From Felis catus (taxonomy: Eukaryota), in assembly GCF_018350175.1 (NCBI RefSeq), contig NC_058369.1, forward strand, positions 10,294,001 through 10,358,000: a DNA stretch of 64,000 bases, given 5' to 3'. Both the position numbers and the translations under genes were made by a program. Below are positions 47,010-60,670 of this stretch, piece by piece. Under the pieces are notes generated by a model. That model saw nothing but the letters and a program-made list of their open reading frames with translations. It ran no database searches and had not been told where the DNA came from. The number at the start of each line of letters is the position of its first letter. Position 1 is the stretch's first letter.

Positions 47010-50000
47010 ATGAGTGGGGGGAGGGGAAGGGCAGAAAAAGAGGGAGATACAGAATTCGAAGCAGGCTCCTAGCACAGAGACTGGGGGCTTGAACTCACAA
47101 ACTGTGAGATCATGACCTGAGCTGAAGTCGGACGCTTAACTGACTGAGCCACCGAGGCACCCCCTGAAATACAAGTCTGTAACTAATGTTCTCTAGCGAT
47201 CATCTTTGAAGCAACAATTCTGTTCCTAGGAATTTTATTCTCAGAAAACGACATGGACGGGAGGGAAGATTTAGTTATGAGAAAGTTCATAGCAGCATAG
47301 GTGATCGCGTGGAAAACAGGAAGTGATCTAAATGTTCAACAAAGAGGAACTGATTCAATAATTGATGGCTTATCTCTATAATGGGGAACCATGCTTCTGA
47401 TGAAAATGAGGAGAATTGCCATCAAGAAAAAAGCTCATGGAAACATTTAACTTAAACATTAGCAGATGGTTAAGGCTGGCTGTGGGTTAGAAATTGTTGA
47501 AGCTGGGTGATGGATACAGTTGGGTTCTTCCTATATCTCCCCATTCATGGTATTATCCCCATTCACAGATGAGGGGAATGAAACCCATTGAGGTCAGGGC
47601 ACCCGTTTCCCATCAGTTAGGACCTGGCCAGGTCAGGAAAGGTGAGAGCTACTTGTAACCTGAAAAATGGTTTAATTTTGAATGAAATGAATGAGTGAAT
47701 GAATGAATGAACAAACAAGTTAATAAATGAATCCTGATTCCAGTTTCCCAAGAAGGTGAGGCATTGGATTTTATTTTCTATTAAAAATCATTATTATTAT
47801 TTTTATAGAGCATAAACTATCTCATCATGCAAATTGGTAAAACAGAATGTTTAGGTAGGCATACACAAATCCTCTGATATCCCTGAGCTGAATAAAAACA
47901 CAGCAAACAGCATTTCTGGAGGCCAATGTGGTGATACGCATCAAAGTCTATAAAATGTTTCTTTTCTCCTTGACCTAATGATTCTTCGTCTATGAATTTA
48001 TCCCAAGAAAATATCAAACAAATGCACACAGATAAATTTTCAATGGTCTTTTTCATGGGGTTCTTTGGCAACAACCCACAATTCCCAGAATAGGGAAATA
48101 AATATAGTACAAATAAATTATATACAGTGTAATTTGATAAACCGTTGCAGATAATAATGTAGGTAATGATGACGTATACCATTTACATGGAAATATGTTA
48201 GTGATGTAATGAGTGAAAACTGCATGCACAAAATCACACACACAGGAAATATGTTTCTTCATCAGATGTGTACCTACGGCTGTGGGCAGATTTGGCTGGC
48301 CTAAATCTAGTTTGTTTGTGTGTTTTTTTTTTCTATTTTTTAACAAATCTAATACTGGGTTTTGCTATGGTATTTTATAAAATAGTGAAATGATTGCTAA
48401 AGTCAAGCTATTTAACAATATCATCTCCTCACCTGGTTATAGTATACATATATATGACAAGGGTGATAAAAGTGTTTTTATTGAAAAAAATATGCAGTGA
48501 GATGTTCCTTCTGGGATGCTTTACATACTATCACTGTGACATGTGCCAGTAGCTATTGGGCAAAAAAGCCCTACTTTTTGGGGTGCCTGGCTGGCTCCGT
48601 TGGTGGATGAAGCGTGTGTCTCGTGATCTCAGAGTCGTGAGTCAGAGTCCCACACTGGGTATGGAGAATACTTAAAAATAAAATCTTAGGGGCGCCTGGG
48701 TGGCTCAGTAGGTTAAGCGTCTGACTTGGTTCCAGCTCAGGTCATGATCTCACAGGTTCGCGAGTTCGAGCTTCCGTTGGGCTCCACACTGTTAGCGGGG
48801 AGCCTGCTTGGGATCCTTTCTCTCCCCCTTTATCTCTGCCCCGCCCCTGCTCATGCCTGTGCGTGTTCTCTCTCTCAAAATAAAGAAACACACTTAAAAA
48901 AACAACAACCAAACTACTTTTAAGCCAAAATCCGAGACTCAGGATTGGAAACCATTGACCATCTTTTCTTTTTTCTTTTCCTTTCCTTTCCTTTCCTTTC
49001 TTTTCCTTTCCTTTCTTTTTTCTCTCTTTTCTCTTTTCTTTCCTCCCTTCCCTTCCCTTTCCCTTCCTTTCCTAACAGCTCTATGGAGGTGTGATTAATG
49101 TGCAACAAATTGCATATAAAACCGTGTACAATTTGATGAGTTTCATAGAGTGTGTATACAGCTGTGTGTATATGGTATGCACCTGTGATACTAACACCAC
49201 AGTCAAGGTACTGAACGTGCCTCTCATTCCCAACAGTCTCCTTAAATTGTCTCATGCTCTTTTACTCCTCTCTCCCCCTTCTCCTGTCACTATAGATTGT
49301 ACTCTCTAGAATTCTATATAAATGGACTCAGGCAGCGTGTTTATTTACTTTCTAACTGTGTAACCCAGACTCCAGCTTGTAATAGCCCCCGTGTATATCA
49401 GGCCAGCTCCTCTTCTTACCCACAGTACTGTTGTGAATTTTCTGGATTTTTTGTTCTGGGGATTTCAAGGCAGTTTCTAGAACGCTCGATTCTACAGTCT
49501 GGAAAAGAGTTGTAGCCCAAGATGCGACTTCTCTCTTCTCTCCCATTGCCCATGGAGTGTCATTAGTGAGAAGTGACTCGAATTTCTCAACAACACGTTG
49601 CAGCTTTGGAGACACAAAGAATAAGAAAAAAAAAATCCAATATGATAGATCCCACACCCTGAGGGAAAGTAGAAAGCACGAGAAAGCAGGTTCTGGAGCC
49701 CAAGGACCTGGTTGGAATCCTGTCCCTGCCACTGACCAGCTGCATGAACTTGGAAAAATAACTCGATTGCTCTGTGCCTTGGTCTCCTCCTATAAGGATG
49801 GGGACAGTAAAAGGGCGCCCTAGAGTTTTGGGGAAGATTAAATGAATAAGAGATGCCACCTTCGAAGAACAGTGTCTGTGCCCAGATGAGGATGGTTATT
49901 ATGAACGTCTTTTACCATCAGGGAAGTGGTAAGCTTGCGAGGAATAAAACAGTGGTGCTCCAGTAGGGCGATTTTGGCCTCCCAGCGACATTTGGTGATG

Positions 50001-53000
50001 TCTAGAGACATCTGGATTGTCACCACCGAGGGATGCTCAGTGGGTGGGGGCCAGGGAAGCCGCTGAACACCCTAGAAGGCACAGGACAGCCCTCCCCCAC
50101 ACCGTGGTAAAGAATGACTCAGGCCCAGATGTCAGTGGTGCCAAAGCTGAGGAAAAGTGAAGTTGTTATAGCTCAAAAGATGTTCTAGGGGCACCTGGGT
50201 TCCCAGTTGGTTAAACTTCCCACTTCTGCTCAGGTCGTGATCTCAAGGTTTGTGGGTTCAAGCCCCCCCATCAGGCTCTGCACTGACAGTGAGGAGCCTG
50301 CTTGGGATTCTCTCCCTCGGCTCCTTCCCCCCACCCTCTCAAAACAAATAAATAAATAAGCTTTCAAAAAAAAAAAAGCCCTATGGGAATACATCTTCTA
50401 GCAGTTTCTTTCCTTGTGCAAAAACGAACAAACAAGGGCGCCTGGGTGGCTCAGTCGGTTAAGCGGCTGACTTCGGCTCAGGTCATGATCTCACGGTCTG
50501 TGAGTTCGAGCCCCGCGTCGGGCTCTGTGCTGACAGCTCAGAGCCTGGGGCCTGTTTCAGATTCTGTGTCTCCCTCTCTCTGACCCTCCCCTGTTCATGC
50601 TCTGTCTCTGTCTCAAAAATAAATAAAATGTTAAAAAAAAATTAAAAAAAAAAACCGAACAAACAAAACAAAACAAAACAAAAACTGAAAAACAAAAAGA
50701 AGAGGAAAAGAAAAGACATTCGTCCTAACTGGCCTTTTTAAATCAAGAAATTCATCTACCAAGTGAAGCAAAGACATGAGACAGAGGGTGAAAAGAATGA
50801 AGGGCTGCGGTGGAATTTTATAAATATAGGTGTAACAAAATCGTAATGTAGGCGGACTTGAAAGGCTATTTTTACGCGAATCCCCGCATCCTTGTACTTA
50901 AAGCGTGGTCCTTGGACCAGCGGCATCAGCATCACCTGGCAGCCTGTTTGGAATGCAGACTCTTGGGGCATGAGTCCAAATCTGCATTTCACCCACTTTC
51001 CCAGGGGATTTGTGGGTACGGACGCACCTCAGAGATTGCAGGTTTGGTTCCAGACCCCGGTAGTGAAGTGAATAGCACGGTAAAGCTATTCAAATAAACT
51101 TTTTGGTTTCCCAGTACCTATAAAAGTTTTGCTTACACTATACTGTAGTCTATGAAGTGTGCAATAGCAGCATGTCTAAAAAATGTACAAGCCTCACGTC
51201 ACCCAGTGCTCACCGCAAGTGCACTCCTTAACCTCCATCACCTATTTAACCCATGACCACCGGCTGATGTGTGGAATTGTCGAATCACTATCGTGTCCAC
51301 CTAAAACTAATATAACACTGTATGTTAACCAACTGGCATTAAAATAAAAACTTTAAGGGCGCCCGGGTGGCTCAGTCAGTTAAGCATCTGACTTCAGCTC
51401 AGGTCATGATCTCACGGTCCGTGGGTTCGAGCCCCGCTTTGGGCTCTGTGCTGACAGCTCAGAGCCTGGAGCCTGCTTCAGGTTCTGTGTCTCCTTCTCT
51501 CTCTGTCCCTCCCCCACTCACACTCTGACTCTCTCTCTCTCTCTCTCTCTCAAAAATAAATAAACATTAAAAAAAAAAAGCCAACCAATCAATCAACATA
51601 AAAAGTGTGCCTTAAGTAAAGGCACATTTTTTACCTTAAGTAAAAAATACTTTATTGCTAAAAAATGCTAATCGTCCCCTGAGCTTTCAGCAGCTCATGA
51701 TCACTGATCACAGATCAACATAACAGATGTAATAACAATGAAAAAGTTTGAAATACTGTGAAAATGATCAAAATGTGACACAAAGACACGAAGTGAGCAA
51801 ATGCTGTCGGAAAAATGACGCCAACAGGCTTGTTCTGTAGCGGGGGGGGGACTCCCCAAACTTTCAATTTGTAAAAAACACGATACCTGCGAAGTGCAGT
51901 AAAATGAATCCCAACAACACGAGGTAGGGCTGCGTGTTCAGTTACTAGACAGTAAAACCCATCAGGACAGGGACTTTGTCTTCTTCACGAAACAGCATCT
52001 AGAACAGTCCCTGGCGGACGTAGGTGCTCAGAGTTCATGGGTGTCATGGATGCTCTTAGGAGGAAAATGCAATCGCACCGAAGAGTTATAAGCAGAGTGA
52101 TATATAAAAAAGGGCTGCAGGAACATTCAGAACCAGGGTTCGAGCAAATCTTTTTAAGGTTTGGCTCCTTTGGTCTGAGCTTTGTGGAAATCCTGAGCTG
52201 AGTTTGCTAGTTTACAAGCAGCCTCCATAGAAAACATACCTCTGTCCACTAAATGACAGCTGAGATGTTCATGGTTGAAACTCATTCGTACAGGGTAGGC
52301 ACCAGAGCATCTGCCCTTCAGAATTGCTATTGTGGGGCGCCTGGTGGCTCAGTCGGTTAAGCGTCCGACTTCGGCTCAGGTCATGATCTCACGGTCCGTG
52401 AGTTCAAGCCCCGCATCAGGCTCTATGCTGACAGCTCAGAGCCTGGAGCCTGTTTCAGATTCTGTGTCTCCCTCTCTCTCTGACCCTCCCCCGTTCATGC
52501 TCTGTCTCTCTCTGTTTCAAAAAAAATAAATAAACGTTAAAAAAAAAAAAAAGAATTGCTATTGTAGTGTCTGATCCAGCGAGAGGACTTTGCACCTTTT
52601 TCTGGCAACGCATTTTGTTAACTGGGATGTACTTTGGACAACACGAAATGCACCCTCTTAAGGTATAAGGTGCGGGGCAACTTAGAATATGCACGAGGTG
52701 GTGCAACCACCACCTCTGTGTAGTTCCAAAACATTTCCAGCATCCCAAGATAAAACCCATGAAGTGATCACTCCCCACGCCCCCTCCCCCCAGCCTCTGG
52801 ACACCGCTAATCTGCTTTAGTGGATTTGCCTGTCCCGGACATTTCATAGAAATGGAACCTTACACTACGTGACCTTTTGTGTCTGGCTTCCTTCACCCAG
52901 CATGATGGTTTCAAGGTCTACCCATGTTGTAACGTGAATCAGAGCTTTACTCCTTTTTATGACTCAATCACATTCTACCCTGGGGATCTACTTTTTAAAA

Positions 53001-53186
53001 ATCCATTCATCTATTGATGGACACTTGGGCTGTTTCTTCCTTTTGACTACTGTGAATAGTGTCGCTATGAACACAGGTGTGCAAGTGTCTGAGTCTCTGC
53101 CTTCAGTTCCCTTGGGTATATTCCTAGGAGTAGAATTGCTGCGTCATATGGTAATTCTATGTTCACCTTTTTCTAAATTTTATTTT

Positions 53187-53231
<45 letters not shown>

Positions 53232-54773
53232 AAGCAGGGGAGAGAGGGAGAGGGAGACAGAGAATCTCAATCAGGGTGGAGCCCCCCACATGGGGTTCAG
53301 TCCCACAACCCCGCGATCATGACCTGAGCTGAAATCAAGAGTTGGATATTCAACTGATTGAGCCATCTAGGTGCCCCACTATGTTTCACGTTTTGAGGAA
53401 ATGGGCAATGAAACTTCATAATGAAATGTTCCTGTTACATGATAATTACACGATTATTTGTTCACTACTTCAGTGAACACTTGTTGCACTCCCAGTGCGG
53501 GCTTGGACTGATTCCTGCCCTCAAGAAGCTCACTGTCTAGGTGGTGACAACACATGACTGTGACTATTGTGGGCCCACCAGAGATAACAATGGAGAACCT
53601 AGACGGAAGAAGGTATACTCTGGACCAGGCACTCTGCTAAGTACTCTACATGTATTATTTCATTTAACCTTTCCATCCTTCCAAGGAGGTAGAGGCCATT
53701 ACTACCCCATCTTACAGATGAGTAAATCAGTCTTGGAGAGTGTGATGGTTAATTTTATGTGTCAACTTGGCTGGGTCAGAGAGTACCCAGCTATATTTGG
53801 TCAAGCATGACCCTTGGTGTGTCTGTGAGAGTGTTTCTGGATGAAATGAATATTTGGATGGGTAGATGGACTGATTGCCCTCCCCAACGTGAGTGGGCCT
53901 CGTCCAATTGGTTGAGGGCCTGAATAGAACAAGATGTCTGAGCAAGAGGGAACTTTCTTCTGCCTGACTGCCTGCTTGACTGCCTTGAGCTGGGACAGAG
54001 GTTTTGTTTCCTTCATGCTTGCCTGAAACTCCAGCTCTTCTGGGTCTCAGGCCTCTGGGTTTGAAGTGGAACAACACCATTGGATGTCCTGAATCTCTGG
54101 CTTGTTTACTGCGTATCTTGGGACATGTGGGGCTCCATAATCGCATGAGCCAGTTCCTTATAACATATCTCTTTCTTCTGGGTCCCCTGTTGGTTCCGTT
54201 TCTCTGGAGATCCCTGGCTAATACAGAAAGGTTGTGTCATTTTGCCCATGTCACTTGCCACTGAAGTGCTGAGATTTGAACCTCTGACTGTACTTCTGAC
54301 CTCCCCATCCCTCCAGCAGAAGAACCTGGGGAAGGGGGTATTAACTCATATGGGAGGGCTTACGGAGGCCATCCAGGAGGATGTGATGCTTGAATTGAGT
54401 CTTGAGCAGAGAAGAGAGGAAGGAAGCCAGCCAGGTGAGGTACTGGGAACAGAGTTTCAGGTAGAGACAGCAGCATGTACCTGGAGGCCTGGAGCTTGGA
54501 GGTCAAGGTGTGAGCAGTCCCTCTGGAGTAGAGCAGGGTGAGGGTGGGGAGTGGGGAGAGGAAGGGACCAGCCCATTCTGCTAGACGATAGATTCTCAGA
54601 GACACGGGTCCTTCCTTTGTTAACATTCAGAGTCCATTTACAGAGGCTAAGTGATTGCTACCTAAAAGGCACTTTCTTGGTCTGTCTCGTGTAATTGCCT
54701 ACAGTATCCATTCCCCTCCCCCTTCCTTTTATTTAAAAAATTTTTTTTAAGTTTATTTATTTACATTGAGATT

Positions 54774-54807
<34 letters not shown>

Positions 54808-54856
54808 GCAGGGGAGAGGCAGAGAGAGAGAGAGACAGAGAGAAAGAGAGAGAGAC

Positions 54857-54917
<61 letters not shown>

Positions 54918-57558
54918 CCCAAGCAGGCTCTGCACTGTCATCACAAAGCCCTATGTGGACTGGAACTCACGAGGCATGAGATCGTGACCTGAGCTGAAAC
55001 CAAGAGCCAGATACTTAACTGACTGAGCCACCCAGGCGCCCCTCCCCCTTCTTTTTAATAATTGAATGGATTCCTCAGATTTTATATGGACCATGTTCTC
55101 CGTCTGAAGGCCACATTGTCCCAGCCTCCCTTGCAGCTAGTTTTTGGCCGGGCTACCTTCAGCTTCTGGATTGTTGCTTTCAGACAGCTCTCCAAGGAAA
55201 TGATCACAACTTCATTAGCGTATTATAGAGTGAGTAGATGTATCCCTTTTCCCAACTCTTCCCTCTTCACCCTGTGCTCCAGACAAATTGCCCTGGACTC
55301 TATCTCCCCACCACCCACCAATACAAATGCAGCTTTGGAGCAACCTATTTTAGGTCATATCATTGAGGACAAGGTGCTGGGGGATGGTGGAGCAGCAGTA
55401 TGGGAAGAACGTGGGTACCCTGAAAGGCCTCACCAGCCTGGACTTAGTTAAGTCAGAAAGTAATAAAGACTGGGGAGCCCGGGTGGCTCAGTCAGTCAAG
55501 CGTCCGACTTCGGCTCAGGTCATGATCTCGCGGTGTGTGGGTTCGAGCCCTGCATCGGGCTCTGCGCTGATGGCTCAGAGCCCGGAGCCTGCTTCCGATT
55601 CTGTGTCTCCCTCTCTCTCTGCCCCTCCCCCACTCACCTCTGTGTCTCTCTCTCAAAAATAAATAAAAACATTTAAATAAAGAAAGTAATAAAGCCCCAT
55701 CTTTTTAAAGCTATTGGATATTTGGGTCTCTGTACAGTTTCATTTAGTCCACCTTTCTCGGCCTGGGATAAATCCTATCTTTCGGGGGCAGTATATACAC
55801 ACACAGACACACACACATCCGTATGGACACACACACTCTTTCTAACTCTGCCATGAGATACATAGGAATGTACGTATAGCGATAAACACGGCAACCCATA
55901 TGCATATTTCAGTTATACATAATATAAATTACATATAATATCGTACTATTATATCATAATTAATTTCTATTATAATTAAAAACTATATTAAAATATATTA
56001 TATACCTTAACATGTAATATGAAATATATATGACATTTATATATGTATGATATACAATGTCTAGCACACATATAGTATACGGTATCCACACCCACATGCT
56101 AATTTTGGGCTTTGTGGATACTTGTTATCTGGGTTCCAAGACTCAACTTCTACTCACCTCTTCCGTGTCTCTGGTCGTCTTTGAGGAAGTGGTTTCTGCA
56201 AAAGATATAAAGGGAAGTTACTGCTGGAACTGAGAGTGAAAGGGCGGAGAGGTGGACGGGCAGGGTGAACAACTTTGCACCTAGAAGGTCTAAACCCATG
56301 CTGTTTATTTTTTTTTTATTTAAAAACATTTTTTTTGTTTATTTTTCAGAGAGACAGAGCGCCAGCAGAGGAGGGGCAGAGAGGGAGGGAGACACAGAAT
56401 CCGAAGCAGGCTCCAGGCTCTGAGCCATCAGCACAGAACCCGATGCCGGGCTCAAAGTCACAAACTGTGAGATCATGATCTCAGCCCAAGTTGGACGCTT
56501 AACCGACTGAGCCACCCAGGCGGCCCTTCTTTATTTTAAAAAATTTTTATTATTACCTGTTAAATTCCAGTATTGTTGACATATAGCATTACATTAGTTT
56601 CAGGTGTGCAGTATACCAACTTAACAATTCTGTACATTACTCAGTGCTCATTAGGATAAGCGTACTTTTCATCCCCGTCACTTATTTCACTCATCCCCCC
56701 ACCCACCTCCCCTCTGGCAACCCCTGGTTTGTTCTCTACAGTTAAGAGTCTGGTTTTTGTTCTTTTTTTTTTTTTTTTTTTCTTTTGAACTCAATTTTTT
56801 TATGTTCACGGACAAGGTTGTGCTCTTTTGAGAGATCAGAGTCAAGTTCCTTATCCTGGTGGAAAGCAGTGTTTTTTGATGGGGGGGGGGTCCCATCAAA
56901 ATGTTGGGTCCCGCCAACATTGCCCCCAGGGGATGTTGGCGATGGCTGGAGACATTTTACCATCACAACTTGTGATGGGGAATGCTACTGGCACCTAGCG
57001 GTGGAGGCTTGGGTGCTTCACAGCCTACGATGCACACGGTGGCTCCCAACCACAGAGAATTATTGGACCCCAAATATCAATATTGCTGGGGTAGAGATAC
57101 TCTGGCATTGAGGAAGCAGGAAAACGTAAACTCTAGATTCTTTAATTCAGTCTTGGCTGGACAAAAATAACCGCAATGGCCGAGGGGACAGGAAATTAGA
57201 TCCTTCTGGTTTTAAAATTCAGGCTGGCTGCGAACGACAACTGAAACAGGAGTATCAGTTTTTGGTTATCAGCCCTTAACGAGACCTTTGTGCGTAGCTT
57301 CTTGGACTTTGTGAGGATCCCCATCTCTATTTTAGGAAAATGAGGAAAGGCCAACACATGCTGACATCCCAGTTAACCATTAGACTGAGGTTAAGTCTAT
57401 CTAGTAGGATCAGAGAGTTTATATATTATATATTATATATATAATTATATTATATATATTATGTATATAATTATAAAATTTTATTATACATAAATATATT
57501 ATATATTATATAATATAATATATTTTATTATATTATATAATATATATTTACATATAAT

Positions 57559-57597
<39 letters not shown>

Positions 57598-60500
57598 CCA
57601 GATGAAATGTGAAACACATTAGCAAACCTCTGTAGGCAGTGTCCTGAGTGCTCTGTATGGTAGTATTTCATTTAAGCCTTACTTAATCCTTGCAACACCC
57701 TGTGAAATCTATACCCTGTGAGGTGTATCTACTGATTCAATGAATTAGTGAATTTCTTTTTTTCTCGATGAGCCTGCCTACAGGTTTATCACGTGTTTAT
57801 CTTTTCAAAGAACCCTCTCTTAGTTTCACTGATTTTTTCTATTGTTTTTTTGAAGTCTTTAATTTATTTCTGCTCTGATTGTTTTTTTTTTTTTTTGGTA
57901 GAATATCATTTTATTTATTTTTTTAAATTAAATTTATTTGTTTAAATTCAAATTAGTCAACATATAGTGTAATATTGGTTTCAGGAGTAGAATTTAGCGA
58001 TTCATCACTTACGTACAACACCCAGGGCTCATCCCAACAAGTGCCCTCCTTAATGGCCTCACCCATTTCACCCACCCCCCACCTCCCCTCCAGCAACCCT
58101 CAGTTTGTTGTCTGTATCTAAGAGTCTCTTATGGTTTGCCTCCCTCTCTGTTTTTATCTTATTTTTCCTTCCCTTCTCCTGTGTTCATCTGCTGTGTTTC
58201 TTAAATTCTACATATGAGTGAAAGCATATATTTGTCTTTCTCTGATTGACTTATTTCGCTTAGCATAATACACTCTAGTTCCATCTGCGGTTGTCACAAA
58301 TGGCAAGGTTTCATTCTTTTTCATCGCCAAATAGTATTCCATTGTATATATACACCACATCTTCTTTATCCGTTCATCAGTTGATAAACATTTGGGCGCT
58401 CTCCATAATTTGGCTATTGCTGATAGTGCTGCTACAAACATTGGGGTGCAGGTGCCTCTTTGAATCAGCATTTTTGGATCCTTTGGATAAATACCTGGTA
58501 GTACATCTGCTCTGATCTTTATTATTTTCGTCCTTCTACTAACTTTGAGCTCTTTTCTTTTTTTCCCTAATTCCTTTAGGTATAAGGTTTAGTGTTTGAG
58601 ATCTTTTCTTTTTTTTTTTTTTTGTCTCTTGGGGTAGACGTGTATTACTATAAACTTCCTTCTTAGAACTGCTTTTGCTGTGTCCCTAAGATTTTGGGTC
58701 AGGGGCGCCTGGCTGGCTCGGTAGGCGGATCATGTGACTCTTGATCTTGATCTTGAAATCTGGAAGATTTCAATCTTCTTAAATGCACTGAGAACTTGCG
58801 TTGCGGCCTCTAACATAGAACTATCCGGAGACTGCTCTGTGTGCACTTGGAAAGAATGTGTATTCTGATGTTTTGGGAAGAAATGTTCTGAATATACCTG
58901 TTAAGTCCACCGGGTCTCACGTGTCATTCAAAGCCACTGTTCCATTACTGATTTTTGGTCTGGATGATCTATCCAACGATGTAAGTGGGGTGATAAAGCC
59001 CCCTACTATCGAGTATTACTGCCAATCTTCCCCTTTATGTCTGTTAATATTTGCTTCATATATTTAGGTGCTTCTATGTTGGGTGCATACGTATTTGCTG
59101 TTGTTATATCCTCTTATTGGATTGATCCCTTCATCATTATATAATGGCAGTCCTTATTTTAAAGTTTATCTAGTCTAAGTATCACTACCTCAGCTTTTGG
59201 TTTGCTGGTTTATTTACGTTTGCTTGAATATCTTTGTCCATCCCTTCATGTTCAATCTGCACGTGTCTTCATATTTTATTTTATTTTATTTTATTTTATT
59301 CCATTTTATTTTATTTTATTTTATTTTGGGGAGGGAAGAGAGAAGGGGACAGAAGATGTGAAGTGGGCTGCATGCTGACAAGTTGATAGCCGCCAGTTTG
59401 ATGTGGGGCTTGAACTCACGAACCACAAGATCATGACTTGAGCCGAAGTCAGTCACTCAACTGACTGAGCCACCCAGATGCCCCCGATCTGCATGTCTTT
59501 AGGTCTGAAGTGAGTCTCTTACAGGGAGCAGATAGATGTGTCTTGGTTTTTAAATCCATTCAGTCACCCTATGTCTTTTGATTGGAGCATTTACGTTTAA
59601 AGTAATTATTGATAGATATACCCTATTGATTTTCAAAGCCAGACATTCTGGGGGCTTGCCTTCCTGGTGCAGGTCCCCAGATGGGTGTTGCATGATGTGG
59701 AGCCTGAATGCCCTGCTGCTCAGGGAGAACCTTTGTACTGGTGACATCCCTCCAGCCTGTGGGTCACTACAATGGGGGTTTTGGTTCCTGACCTGACCGT
59801 GTTTTGCTGCTGTTACCCTCCTTGATGTGGCTTTATTTCCGTGTCTTTACCTGTGGAAGAGCTGTTCGGCTAGTCTTCGGGTCACTCTCAGAGAGAGTTG
59901 CTCTAATGTAGTTGCAGCTTTGGTGTCTTCATGGGGGGAGGTAAGTTCAGGATGTTCCTACCCTACCATCTACCCCTCGCTTCTTCTAGCTATCACCTCC
60001 CATATTTCTTGTGCAAAGGTTTCCCTGTCTATGTGGTTTCCGTGAGAGTGCTCATGCTTATACAAGATGGTGCCTCTCCTGGATAGAGATCCAAAGGTGG
60101 GCATATGACTCAAACTGGACTAATTGGTACATTTCCAAACAATTTGCAGTTAGATCCAAAAGAGAGTCAACTGATTGATCTTTGAGTGCTTGGATCATTA
60201 ACCATGGTAAGATTTGGACTTGGCGGCCATATTTCCTGTCCTGCGGACTAAGAAGGCAGAGAAAGCCAGTTCGTGGTGAAAAAGAAGAAAGGGGCAGACC
60301 CAAAGAGTATCAGAGACTGAGGTGCCCTGATCGTGTGCACTAGAGTCCCCTGTTTCAGTTCATTCCAGAAGCCCAGCTGTATTTTTGTCCTCGAGTTCCA
60401 AGACACATCCAAGCATCCTTATCATAAATTCATCTTTTCTGCTTAAGTTAGCCTGAGTGAGTTCCTCTTTGCAATTCAAAGAATCCTGTCTTAGCACCTC

Positions 60501-60630
60501 ATTACCCCCATTTCCAAAGGCCTCTTGTCTTATTAACCCCATTATTTCTCTATACTTCCTTCTTTCCTTTTTTACCTCCTCTTTCCATCATCGATTTACC
60601 TCCAGAAAATGGAAACATGTCCTAGCCTCA

Positions 60631-60670
<40 letters not shown>

